From positions 22,320,001-22,384,000 of the forward strand of contig NC_092674.1 of the NCBI RefSeq assembly GCF_964355755.1: a stretch of 64,000 nt of DNA, given 5' to 3'. Each line of letters starts with the position of its first letter. The first letter of the stretch is position 1. This DNA is from Antedon mediterranea (Eukaryota > Animalia > Echinodermata). Below the pieces are notes generated by a model. It searched no databases. It was not told the DNA's origin and saw nothing but the letters and a program-made list of their open reading frames with translations. Below are positions 13,601 to 25,004 of this stretch, in pieces. Position numbers and translations under genes: made by a program.

Positions 13601-16600
13601 ATTTTTCATTCAAATTTCGGAGCATGCAATTACTCTGTTTACGTATTCATGTTGGACATTGGTATGTACTTGTGAAGAAAGATTAAGTGGTGTTCATCTA
13701 TTTTTAAATGGAATCATTCGTTGAGTTCATACGGTATATTTTTGGGTTATTATCGATAAAAAAATGTTTAATGAATTAATATCGCTCTTCGTTGTTTAAC
13801 TACAAACTTGATACAGACGTGGATTGCGGAATTGCATGGATATAGCTTTTTTTCTTGGCAATCACAGCCAAAAAATAAATACGATACTGAAAATGACTTT
13901 GTAAGGTAAGTGTAGATTATTTTCATTTTTACTAATTAATGTATGATAATGACATCATAATCATCTTTATCATCATTAGTAGCATGCTTACACACATTAC
14001 ACCTACTTTACTAACAATTAAGGTTTTGAAATTCTTGGAAACTAAATATTTTTTATTTGGTCTTTTGTAGAAGTTTTTCAAAAAGCACTCTTCTAGAACA
14101 AAGAAAGAAGCCACTATGTGCGTTGAATATAAAACTGTAAAAGTCAATTCTTTCACATTTTGTTCATCTGATCATTCATTTATTCTATTTCAAAACAATT
14201 ACCAATTCAAACAACTTTGTTTCAATAAATTTGTAACATATAAAAACAAAATGAAAGACTGTGATATAACCTGGATATAAAAGTAATATATCTATTTTCA
14301 TAATTACCAGTAACTGTAACAGTTGGCTCTCCCAATACTGAAGTCTGTAAATACTCTCCCAAAACTTTTATTGATGTCCAAAAGATCCCACATTAATTTT
14401 GTTTGCACAAAAAAATATTTGGAATATAGAATGTCAAGAAACCAAACCTAACCTAGCCAGAATTGAGAAATTTAATGTTTAAAACAAACTTAACACAGAT
14501 AATTACTGCACAAAATGTAGCAAAAGCATCACTATGCTATTGGAATAAAGATCTGGTATACAAATCACTGTATGCCAATTGATACTAATTCATTTAGTGC
14601 TTTTGAAAACATTGCAAATATTTCATACAATTTGTATTGGAAAACATTTCTTCCTGATATTGCTATCTGACATTTAGACAAATGTCAGTTCTGATTTTGA
14701 TCCCCTTTTTTGCGTTTTGTGTTGAGAGGCACATACAGTAACTCAGTTATATGCAGTTTTCTTTTTAAGAACCAAATTATTTTCAAGTATTGTGTCAATT
14801 TATTTTCCAATCTGAATTTCCAAAGTACTAACTAATAGTTATTTATTGGCATTCATTGTTATGCATTTCACCACACCATACACTTATTTATAATAATTAT
14901 TATTTTAACAATTAATATAAAAGTTATTATTATTATTAGCATAGCTTTTTAGTTGTATTAGCAGGTTACAATGATAGATATTAAATGTTGACCAACAAAA
15001 ATTTGAAGCAAATAATTCTTTTTTTAGATAAAATGTAAAAATTATGAACATTTAATATCTGTTGTATGTTGCAGCCTATCAAAAGCCGAAAACAGTATGT
15101 TGTCAATAGTGGTACAAGAGATGGATAGAAACTATGGCACTATAACATAGCAAGAAGTAATGCAGCAGAATACTTTGCTTGAAGTCTAACAGACAGGCTA
15201 GCGAGAAGAACAATGTGTAGCTTGTATCATAGAGATGTAGATTTAGTAGGAAGACTCATCCCTGTCGAAAAAGCACTATATATGGTGACAACATTCAATA
15301 CAAAGAGAGGAGATTAAACTTAGTGTTTGTAACATCTAGTCCAATGTTGTATAAAGTGCAATATAAAAAACCATTGTCCATTACATAGTTTTAAAAAGTA
15401 GCAGATAAAACCAGCAGTTACTCCTGTTCTCCTTATCTCTATCTTTATAATACTCTCTTTGTTTATACTATTTGCTTGTGATATATACTTTCCTATATTT
15501 GTACATAAAATAAATAAGTGCATACTTCTGACCAACCCTTGCAGTCAACATTCACCAAAATGGCTATTTGATTAAATTTGTAATTAATAAGTTTTGACCA
15601 ACTGACCGACCAACTTAAGACTATGATGCAAAAGATAATGATCCTTTTTTGAGAATAGGTATATACATTATAGAACATGCCTATTGATTTTCATAAAAAA
15701 TTGATATATTGGTCATGTCACAAAAGCTTATATTAAAATCTGACTGACTGTATCTTTCATACGAGAAATTAAATAGCACTATTCTTTTAACATGGACCAA
15801 AACATCAAGTACTGAGCTCTCTCTCTCTCTCCAAATAACATTTTCCCTGATATATTTTGCCAAGTACTTCACTCAGTTTCTGAGTGTTTTCATTTTCTTA
15901 TTAAAATGTGTAATTAAAAAAACAGTCATCAGATTGATTTATTTCATTACAATATTATAAAAATAAATTTATATTGTATGAACAAACTTGTTCCTATGTA
16001 TATTATGTCATAGTGCAAAATATAAATAGTGTATTGTAAAGAGATAGTATATAAGAACATTTATAGCTAATTTACAGTTTTATAAATGTGGCTTCAAAAT
16101 GACAACAATAATGACAGTGCAGCATGGAATTAGTCAGGCTTAATGAATGAAAATACTCTTAATTCAGCATAAATGTACCTTTTTTTTTACTGTGGAAAGT
16201 AGATAAAGTATAGGTAGTGCACACTAAATGTTTGATTTTAGTTTAACTTATTTCTCCAAGGTTATACATTGTTATTCATCAGCCTATGTTGAAATGTGTA
16301 AAATGTTTACAAAAGGGTGTGAGTTTAATAGTTCAATTTTCTAAATTGGAAAAAATAATGTGATATGAAATCAACGAATCGAATGACAAGGAGACAAGGA
16401 TACACTTGTTGTTTTATAATATTTGCTGTTTATACAATAAAAAGTACCTCATGGACATTTTTGAAAACTATATTATATAGATAGAGTGTATTCTTGTATA
16501 GTGTTGTTTAGGATTGCTTGATCTGTCATACTCCTGTTTTGTTACATTGTATAGTTGAAATAAAAATACAATAGTGATTAGAATATGAATGAAGTTATAA

Positions 16601-19600
16601 ATTTATTTTGTCTTTGTTTAATTTTTTGGAAGGTTTACATGGCAAAAATCATTATACTTTAATGATATAAAGTTCAAATCATATAATATAAACGTGCAGA
16701 ACTATACATGGTGTACCTCAAACATTATGTCATTATATGTCTCTAGTTTTAACATCAAAAAGGATACAGGTATTTGATTACTTTATAAAATAGGTTGACC
16801 GTATTCAATATGTCATCATAGGTCATATTGTTGATGGAATATCAAGTAGCTATGATGTGTTTTCCATTACTTTGAGTATGAATTATACTGTCGCACTTCA
16901 ATTTGAACACTTCAGTTTTATTTCAGTTCTACAATTTAGGCCATTTTAATATGTTTTGCTTAGCTTATAGCATTTCAGAGATATGAAATACTGGTGAAAT
17001 AGGTAAAACTGCGTTTTAATCTCAAGATTTCACATCTCCAACGTCCTGAATCAACCCATTATATTTTGTTCTCATGCATCTTCATAAAGCAATAAGACTC
17101 ATCATCACAATTATAGAAATTTTTCGTTTTCATAGATTTTGAAATTGTTCATTTACTAATTTAAAGACACATTCCATCATTATCATTTTCTTCTTGTCAT
17201 GTTATTTATAGATTAATTATGTGCACTGGATTCTACCTTTTTGCTGAATCACCATTTAAGCCAGTCTACACTAGAAAACTGTAAAGTGTGTTACTTTAGA
17301 CTTCCTTCCGCAAACTTGTTTCTGCAATTTGCTGAAGTTTGTCAACTGGTCTACACTAGCATACTTTACTTGCCGAACTCAAAGTTTACAAGCTTTAGAT
17401 CAAACTTGAAAATAATGTTTTATGCAGCTTCACAATTAAATATCATGCAAAGCAAAAATGTATTGTTTTTATTTCTTAATTTACTAATTTTATTATGTAT
17501 TCAGAAGAACAAATCTTATAAATTGATTTTCTAACATAAGTGAAATTGGAAAAAATGTCTGTACTAGTTTTTTTTTATTGTGTACATATGCAGTGGAGAA
17601 AAAACCCTGACTATACTATAAAGCTTGGTTCACACTTGGACACACTCAAGGACGTATGTGCAACACAAGTGAGTTGGCCAATCACAAGTTCAGATGGTTC
17701 ATGTCATAATCAAATTGCTTGCAGTGTACTTATGTGTTGCATTCGAGTGGGAACCTACTTTAATAGTTACCTTGTTCAGGTCCAGACTTGTAGCCGGCCA
17801 TTGGTTGGACATCACTAAATCAATTTATAAATTGAGAATCATTTTAATTTAAAAGTGTCTGCATATGTACACAAATTAAGCAATCCTTGTTTCAGTTAAA
17901 GGAGTAGTGGCAGGGTTTTAACACAAAACAAAATTGGTAGTGATAACTAATTTGTGCCTCTTGGAATTGAATAGGAAGATGTTTTTGCCCAAGCCTGAAG
18001 TGAATTGTACCAAATGTCTGGGCCTGTTTTAAAAAAATGGTTTTCTGAAATAGTTTTTATAAAACAGATTACATTTCTCCACAAAACTTTAAAAACCGGT
18101 ATTTGACCGCCGATTGGGGTTTTTAAAAGCATTATAAAAAATATGCTGTCAAGAAAATACCGTTCTTTTAAAATATTTTTTTTATATTATGTCCTATTAT
18201 CTTGCCCTATCTGTCAAGTCATGTAAGAGTTTGGAAAACATTTTGATTTTTTATGTTTTTTACATTAATTTATTTTTAAAGCAATCTACTGAACAATTTT
18301 GTGCAAAATATACCTAGTGTTCAATTATTTGTAGTATCATTTGTTTTATTTTCATTGCATTTTTCTCATTTGCATCTTCATTCATAGAGGTCAAATTGCA
18401 TGAGGGAAGATGGTGTATTTTGTTCAATCTACCAGCGTTCAGATCGTTTAATTACACCGCATGGAAGTCTTGATAATGGCAGTCTGGGTAAATTCATCAT
18501 TTCATATCATTTTTCATTGTTAAATTATCACTACTATACGATATACTGATTCAGATATACTAGTACTAGCCATACATTTGTCCTTTTTTAGTGCAGTAAT
18601 CCTAGAAATTAGATTTCAAAGTACCTGCTCACAGCCACATCAATTGAAATTACATCTGTATGTTGGCTATTAGACATTGAAAGAAAATATATTGTTTGGT
18701 CAGCGCCACCACTGAAGTGAGATAACATTCTCCACTTCTGACACCTCATTTTTACATATAAAACCTTTTATCTGATTCCGTATAGTAATAGTTTCTGCAT
18801 TTAATTAAAATAAAGTAGATTTTTTATGTAAAATAAAAATAGATACTGCTGTATACTGTAAATGCAAACCCCAAATTTAAAATGTAGTATGTGTGTCAAG
18901 AAAGAAATAAATACCACAGATATGATATGAAATAAAGATAACTGTTAGCATATTTTGCTATCAAAGCTTTGTGATTGATATACTTATTCATATCAACAAT
19001 AAATTATATTGTTTTTGCTACTTTACAAAGTTCTTTTGTATGGTATTTATATTCTGGTGCTTATCTGTGCTTTGCAATAGTTTGTTTAAAATAAACCAAT
19101 AATGTTGACCTATTTCCCTTCAATTTCAACATTTACTATTTAATGCATGCAAAACTTCAATTTAAATTAAGAAACTATATGGAAATATTAATTAAACAGG
19201 CCTAAACAGTCTTCATGATGTTTCTGGAGCCTCCCATATTCCTATTGTTTTTCCAAAAATTATGAAACCCTGCATTGGCCGCTTTGTGTTAGTAATAAAT
19301 TAACCATTTGTCAAAATTAGTACCCCTTTTGCTTGAACTTTGTCAAATGTACAGTTTGTTTGGTATTCAATATTGTTTGAAGTTTACAGAAACTTACATA
19401 CAAGGAAACTGTGTTGTGGTGCTTTATTTGTATGACAATGTTCGTTTGTTGTTTTGCTACTAATTCAAACAGGCACTGAAAATGTAAGCTATCTAGTTGA
19501 TCAGAATGGCTCTGAGTTGCATACCTTTTCCCATACTGAACTTAACAGGTAAGCCATTACTAATTATGACAAGGTGGCTTTGCATTCCTATTCTTTTTTC

Positions 19601-22600
19601 TTTTTTATTTTCCGTTGGCTTTATTTCAATTTTTCAAATTCTCTTTTAATTCTAAAGGTAAGGGGTTTGTTTCATTTATTGAAAATTCTCCACATATATT
19701 AAATTAAAAATTTGAAAACATATTAAAATGTGTAGAAGGAAAATAATAATATAAGTTTGAAGAAAACTTCTGACTCACATACCGTAAATAAACTAAAAGA
19801 TACTATATAAGGGTTAATAAGTTATACAGTATGTTTCTACATCCCAATTCCTGGTTGGAGTGGCATGTCTAATCGGCAACATGTGCTGTTGATGATATGC
19901 TACAGTAAATGATGTGCAATTTTATATATTATTGTTCTTTGATATTCCACAATTTGTAGTTGTCTTTAAGGTTTATACTTAAGGATTATTTTCACTGTTA
20001 TACTAAAAAAATTCTAATTTTTTCAAGCATGCAATGACTTATTACTTACGAGATACTGATCTATTTTATACTGTGTCTTCATTTTAACGTTGTTCGTTAC
20101 AGTTCTGTTCAGTTAGTTCCTTGATGTGTTGTTAGATTGTACTGAAATGTACTGAAATGATTCTTAATTAGTTATTTTAGTCTATTTGTGATTTTGAGGT
20201 ATGGTGTTCTTTTCTTATAGACTTTTTGAGTTCGGTTAAGTATTTTAATAATATAAAATAAAATAATAGTTTTGTTTGTGTGTTTTGTGAGTAGTTGAGT
20301 TTTGCCTCTTTTTCACAAACATTGAAGTTTCCGTCTATGGTAGAAGTAGTTTTACTGTATAAAATCTTTAATTTGTTAATATATTTGATTGTTTTTCTCA
20401 TTTTGTTTATTTGTTAGTAGGATGTAATAAATATAGTTTGTCAAAACAAATTGACAAAACAACAAACACAATTTAATTTCTCTCTAGAGACACACTACAT
20501 TCTATCACAATACATTTATTTATACAGTAGTAGAAAGGAAAATCTTCAAGGAGTTGGTTTCTATAAAGTTAGCAGTGTTTTTATTTACAATATTGACATA
20601 CTATTGCCATATATTTTAATTAGTTTTTTTTTTCTCTTTTGTGGCGCAAACACCACTTTTATTCACATTCATATTATCTCATATTACATAAAATCGTATT
20701 ATTTAACTTGTAAATGTCGTTACAGTTCATAAGTAACATTTTTACATATATGAATTCTGTATTACTCCTTTTTTCATTAATTTTCTTATATTTTGTTATA
20801 CACTTGACAGGATCATCATTATCATCTATCCCGTTTTAAAATAGTTCACACATTTTCATTTGTTTGTTTTCATTTTACAACCCGGATTATACAATATATT
20901 TATATACATGATAAAAAAAAAACAATAATAGCTCAGTACCACCAGTAACCCGTATCACCGTAATTCCTTTTCGGTTAATCGTATCAAGTTAGAATTTATA
21001 TTATCATAATCTTATTTCTTAAAGCTACCCATTTTTCTATACTTGTTTCTTTATTGTTATATGTTTCACATTCAATGTTATATAACATATTGCTTTTAAA
21101 TGAATTCCATAAAGATTTACCCACTGGCTTATTTAGTGCAGATAACATTTTTATTCTATAAATAGTAAATGCTGCAAAAGTGTAAATATAATCTATTAGC
21201 TTATCTCCCGTTCCTAGTATTAATTGTTTAAATGATATATTATTGTGATTTAAACTTACAAAGATACTAAGCATTTTCCTCCAATATTTCTGAATAAATC
21301 TACAACTAAAAAACAAATGATTTTCATTTTCAATTTCTCCACATTTGTCACACGTTTGTGTTTCCTTAACTTTCCACTGATACAGCCGTTTGTTGGTAGG
21401 CAGTATTCTATGTAACATCTTATAATTGAATTGTGCTAGTTTCTTATCTTTCATTTTACATACTTTCCGTAACCAAGAAGTTTTCCAATCAATGTTGTTA
21501 TCATTGAAGTACTCTTCCCATTTTAGTTGTGACATTGGAATAATGAAATATTCTTTCACAAACCATGAGTATATTAGTTTGGTAGTATTAATCTCATACT
21601 TAATCCCAACTACTTCATCATTATCATCACAATTGAAAATATCTACCTCCTTAATAATACGTTTCCATTGAATTGGTATTGCCTTAATAATGCACAAATA
21701 CTCATTTAACCAGTTTGTTTTACATTGTAGTTTCACCAGTATTTCGTTCGATGTTAAAAAAGTGTTCTTATTAACAATGTCTTTAATACTGATAATGCCA
21801 CTGTCAATCCAATGCTTGTAGAAAAGCGTTTTTTTTTTTAGTTTAACGTAGTGGTTTCCCCACAGTTGCTCATTCATTATATCGTTATAAGTTTCAGGTT
21901 TTTTTTTAGAGATTCTGTTATAATTTATGTAGGCTTTTATCATATTTTTGTAAAACAGTGGAATTTTATCAGAATTAACATCAATAATGTTATAACATGA
22001 CATATTAAGTAAAACATTAACATCACATATTTTAATTAGTTGTTGGCCCATATACATATGTTTTTATTTTAGTGACTACAATAACAACACTATTTTTCTC
22101 TAAAATTTAAAATTAACACCAACATGTTTATTAAAATAGGATAGATCTACATACTGATATATGTATACATAGACTTTATTTCAGCTAATTGAAAAGAAAC
22201 AAAAAATCGTGGTTAGTTCATCCACATGTGAAACAGAAAGTATGCTAGAACCCATAAAGGTGGATAATTCACAGATAGGTAAGCTGAAACCCTGTTGACA
22301 ATAGTTTTCATCAGCTGCCGAAACATATTTTTGTTTTCCATTAGTTTGTGTAGGCAGAAACATTCAATTGTTGTTCATATGTTTTCATCAGCAGAAAGGT
22401 TATTTGAACTGTTCCTTCAAATTTTCTCATCAAACTTTATTTCAACCGTTGCCCACATTGTTATTAAAAACTGTTTTTCCATTCCAAAATTTGTGTTTTG
22501 CATTTAAAAAAAAAATAATTATTACAATATTACATTGTCTATTTTCAATGAAAGGTATATTATTGTTAGTTTTCAAGAATGTTTTTTTTTAAACCAAAAT

Positions 22601-25004
22601 CACATTAGAATAGTAGTGTTTCCTTCTAAAGTTACTCATATCTACCCACCAATTAGCAGCTTCACAAGATGACTCTTACATAAATAAGGAAAGAGGGTTG
22701 AAAGATTTGATAGTAAAATCATACAAATTAGCAAAGGCTGAAAAATTTTTCTTTAAAAATAATGTTGTTATCTTATATTTTTAGATTCACTTAAACCCAA
22801 ACCAATAAACTACCTAGAAACTGTATTTTTTACAGCTATATAGTCTATCATTTCATAGGGCGCGTTTATACAACACGCTATTACACGCATATTCTACACG
22901 CCTACGACAAGTGTGTTGTATAACAACAAAGAGATTCCGTGTAATGAGATTTTAATTGCAAAAAAGGCTACTTGGCTGAATCCTAAAATTTGGTGGATTC
23001 CCGGTCGCCGTTACCGTGTTGGAAGTGTCCTCAGGGTATATTTTGACCTCTCGTTAAAACAGGTCGTAATATCAATCATGTCATGCGACATTGCTAACAA
23101 GATTGGGCCCATTTATTGCTGCTTCGCTGCCAGCAATCATCCTCCTACCACGTCTTACGCCTAGCCTAGTGGGGCCAACTCGTAGAGGTAGTAGGCATCT
23201 ATCGTTTCCCACTCCAAACAGAATAAAAAAAATAACATCGCAAAAATGGCATCTTCTTCCATAGTGTATAGATGAAACAATGAAACCCTTAAAATAACTT
23301 TTATTAATTTAAATGAACCGAGAACAAAATAAACAACAATGCAAACGTGAACGAATACAATATAATGAAAATGGTAAAAACCGCGCGAATCGACAGCGAG
23401 GAGGCGACGATGATTGTTGACAACTCAGCCAATTCAAGCGCGATCAACGATTTGACCTTTTATCCTAGCATGCACTGCGTGTTGATGAAACTTCCGGTAT
23501 AACACGGTATCGTGATTTCTAGTATAACAGCAAACGTTAAGGTGGGTTGACCTCGGTCCGAACAACACGCTAAAAATTAAAGCCGTGTTCAAATTTAGGG
23601 TGTTGTATAAACACGACCATAGATAGTATAGTACAGCTATAGAGTCAGTGGAGTATTATTGGCTTATATTAGGCTATGATCTGCAATAGTTGTACCAACA
23701 GTCATACCATACTATTCGTACTTAATACATTTATTATTCGCATCTTTTTGCTTTTGCTGTTTCCATTCTATGTTTTTATACATAATATTTGTCTTTAATT
23801 TCATTCTAAGCTTCTTTCCTAATAACATTACTACCAATATATTAAACAAATATCTGTATTTAACATTTACTATAAGTATAACATTTAAACATTTTATGGT
23901 TACTGACATTTTCACTGTAATCATATTATTTACTTATTTTGTTTTAAAGCCTACATCTTTGATAATCCAAATTTTATGGTAATTAACTTTGCTACTATTG
24001 ATGTGAATTTGAAAGTAACTTATATACTGTACTTTTATATTATAGATTATATGCTAATTTTGCTTTTATAATGTGAGGATTAATTCAACTTCATATAGAT
24101 TCAGATAGATGCTTAGATTTTTGTAGTATTTGTGTTTTTGTCCTGTTAATTTAAGTTTCTTTTCCTGTTGGCATTTCTTAGTAAATATATTGTTTTATTT
24201 TAGATTAATAGATAGCATTATCTATTTTATTGGTATTTTTTTTAGTGACTATTGTTTTTTAGCTACATAAATTGTACTATGATCAAATAATCACCGCATT
24301 CTGTTAAAAAAATATTGTTATGTTATGCTTTTAATAAATAGTCTATATTAATGATATTATAATAATTTGAATGAAATTTTCTTTGTGTGTTTTTCTGGTT
24401 AAATATGTAATTTTAATTATGTGTTTTAAAACGTAACTCAGTTTATGGCAACGTCATGTACTAAAAATATGGTTCACAATATATGATTCATCAAAACTTG
24501 CTCTTTTAGAAATGTTGACTCTTCTAAGACACAACAAACTTCACTTTTGAAATTTAATTCTTGTAATAATAACACTACATGTCTTCAATTTCATTTGTTC
24601 AACAAAACCCGTTTTCATTGTTTGTAGCATAAACTTCCTCCAAAGCATTCATTCAATTTTGTTATTATTTTATATGTTGTTATTTCTTTTAATATATATG
24701 TCTGTTACGTTTTGTTATTTACTTTACAGTTTTGAAGCACCAGTGAATTGTGTTGTTGAAATTTACATTAATATCCATTGAGACATTCCTGAGTTTCTAG
24801 AGATTGTATTCAGCGCTATTGTACTATTATTTGACATACTATATTTGTCTTTCATTGCAGCTACATAACATGAAGGAAAAGGTACAGGTGTTGAAACAAG
24901 AAGAAACGAAAATCTCAGAAGAGAATTTGGAAATCGGAACATACGAGTTGATGTACCACAATTCGAAAAATGAAACAAAAAAAATTCAGTTGTCTGTACT
25001 ATGA
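1502..25004 (+). CDS. ATP11B: P4-ATPase phospholipid flippase, ATP11A/B/C class, 3' half of a multi-exon gene (5' exons lie upstream of the window)
   Basis: Spliced exons give [66 protein letters not shown] and [24 protein letters not shown]. These are P4-ATPase motifs closest to the ATP11 subfamily. Core junctions are GT-AG and phase-compatible. The exact paralog (A/B/C) and the terminal exon are uncertain. Confidence 0.9.
2183..2305 (+). CDS. ATP11B: ATP11-like exon (LNAVFE...[26 protein letters not shown])
   Basis: ttcag acceptor, AAG|gtaaa donor, 123 nt. Confidence 0.95.
2498..3105 (+). mobile_element. Helentron-associated (DINE-1/HINE-like) non-autonomous element
   Basis: T-run start, subterminal inverted pair tactctggtac / gtaccccgagta, (CTT)n microsatellite after the 5' end. 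Confidence 0.5.
3205..3353 (+). CDS. ATP11B: ATP11-like exon ([19 protein letters not shown]...)
   Basis: tttag acceptor, AT|gtaag donor, TGDK motif. Confidence 0.93.
3955..4102 (+). CDS. ATP11B: ATP11-like exon (FVVDGPSL...[13 protein letters not shown])
   Basis: ttcag acceptor, CAG|gtaat donor, CCRMSPLQK motif. Confidence 0.94.
4828..4930 (+). CDS. ATP11B: ATP11-like exon ([21 protein letters not shown])
   Basis: tttag acceptor, G|gtatg donor, GDGAND P-domain motif. Confidence 0.95.
5674..5819 (+). CDS. ATP11B: ATP11-like exon ([16 protein letters not shown]...QYFFYK)
   Basis: tttag acceptor, AAG|gtttg donor, conserved motif. Confidence 0.95.
6204..6263 (+). CDS. ATP11B: ATP11-like exon ([20 protein letters not shown])
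   Basis: ttccag acceptor, CAG|gtatt donor, 60 nt, continues the YKN of TM5. Confidence 0.9.
6832..7018 (+). CDS. ATP11B: ATP11-like exon ([20 protein letters not shown]...WCIL)
   Basis: cttcag acceptor, G|gtaag donor, TM6 motif YN..TALP. Confidence 0.93.
7123..8702. mobile_element. Non-autonomous Tc1/mariner-type element, 1580 bp
   Basis: ~25-bp TIR CAGTACTGACTACAwATCATrTACCA at both ends, flanked by TA. Confidence 0.8.
9059..9138 (+). CDS. ATP11B: ATP11-like exon ([27 protein letters not shown])
   Basis: ttgcag acceptor, GTT|gtaagt donor, phase-compatible, TM7. Confidence 0.88.
9170..9330. mobile_element. Palindromic MITE (PIF/Harbinger-like)
   Basis: gctctatgcacactgtcaaa...tgacaaaaaaagtgtgatgtgcccaaatatgg mirrored by ccatatatggacacatcacatttttttgtca...tagacagagc. 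Confidence 0.65.
9416..9481 (+). CDS. ATP11B: ATP11-like exon ([22 protein letters not shown])
   Basis: ttacag acceptor, AAG|gtgagt donor, TM8 motif G.W.FGT. Confidence 0.92.
9829..9932 (+). CDS. ATP11B: ATP11-like exon ([16 protein letters not shown]...YSGIV)
   Basis: ttttag acceptor, TG|gtaagt donor, TM9. Confidence 0.9.
10682..10699 (+). CDS. Candidate 18-nt symmetric microexon of the ATP11-like gene (adds FNATGW)
   Basis: Polypyrimidine tract plus tttttag, then GTTCAACGCCACAGGGTG, then gtatgt. Phase 2-2, matching both neighbouring exons, with no stop codon. Confidence 0.55.
11495..11660 (+). CDS. ATP11B: ATP11-like exon ([13 protein letters not shown]...[15 protein letters not shown]...YPSQSQIER)
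   Basis: ttttcag acceptor, CGG|gtaagt donor, TM10 with LPD motif. Confidence 0.92.
12428..12487 (+). CDS. Candidate cassette exon in the ATP11-like C-tail ([20 protein letters not shown])
   Basis: tatag acceptor, TTG|gtgcgt donor, 60 nt phase 0-0, open, GC-richer than flanks. Confidence 0.35.
13817..13905 (+). CDS. Candidate C-tail exon ([29 protein letters not shown])
   Basis: atacag acceptor, strong AG|gtaagt donor, open in phase 0. Confidence 0.45.
15075..15150 (+). CDS. Candidate alternative terminal exon ([24 protein letters not shown])
   Basis: ttgcag acceptor. In frame after the phase-2 donor at 13905. Followed by UTR-like sequence with AATAAA near 16436 and 16559. Confidence 0.4.
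17620..17761. mobile_element. Short degenerate Harbinger-like MITE
   Basis: Imperfect TIRs aagcttggttcacacttg / cgagtgggaacctactt in TAA-like flanks. Confidence 0.5.
18388..18487 (+). CDS. Candidate C-tail exon ([33 protein letters not shown])
   Basis: Long pyrimidine tract plus catag, G|gtaaat donor, open in phase 0, ends phase 1 matching 19473. Confidence 0.55.
19473..19548 (+). CDS. Candidate C-tail exon ([25 protein letters not shown])
   Basis: ctaat branch-like site, aaacag acceptor, AG|gtaagc donor, phase 1-2, open. Confidence 0.55.
20626..22026 (-). mobile_element. 5'-truncated L1/Tx1-clade LINE inserted antisense in the ATP11 intron
   Basis: Poly(A) tail (T-run 20624-20633), AATAAA at ~20658-20663 on the minus strand, 15-bp TSD ATATTTTAATTAGTT at 20611-20625 and 22027-22041. 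Confidence 0.9.
20996..22026 (-). pseudogene. C-terminal fragment of LINE ORF2 with zf-RVT CCHC zinc finger
   Basis: [17 protein letters not shown].....[17 protein letters not shown] and LWGN motifs typical of the L1/Tx1 ORF2 C-terminus. Open over ~340 codons but lacks the EN and RT domains. Confidence 0.88.
22858..23618. mobile_element. Non-autonomous TIR element (possibly PIF/Harbinger-related)
   Basis: Imperfect TIRs GGGCGCGTTTATACAACACGCTA / TAGGGTGTTGTATAAACACGACC, flanked by ATA on both sides. Confidence 0.65.
24861..25004 (+). CDS. Likely distal terminal exon of the ATP11-like gene (LHNMKEKV...KKIQLSVL* in phase 0; SYIT* in phase 2)
   Basis: tctttcattgcag acceptor, purine-rich coding-like open frame, AATAAA at ~25101 and ~25141. 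Confidence 0.55.
   Translation, partial: LHNMKEKVQVLKQEETKISEENLEIGTYELMYHNSKNETKKIQLSVL

Noticed and set aside
22027-22057. ATG start making the 353-aa ORF a stand-alone or domesticated gene
   Set aside because: The first ~10 codons come from the TSD and flanking intron, outside the LINE; it is a chance in-frame extension.
24730-24781. Extra upstream acceptor for the last flippase exon ([17 protein letters not shown])
   Set aside because: The acceptor is plausible but nothing else supports it; too weak to call without reads.
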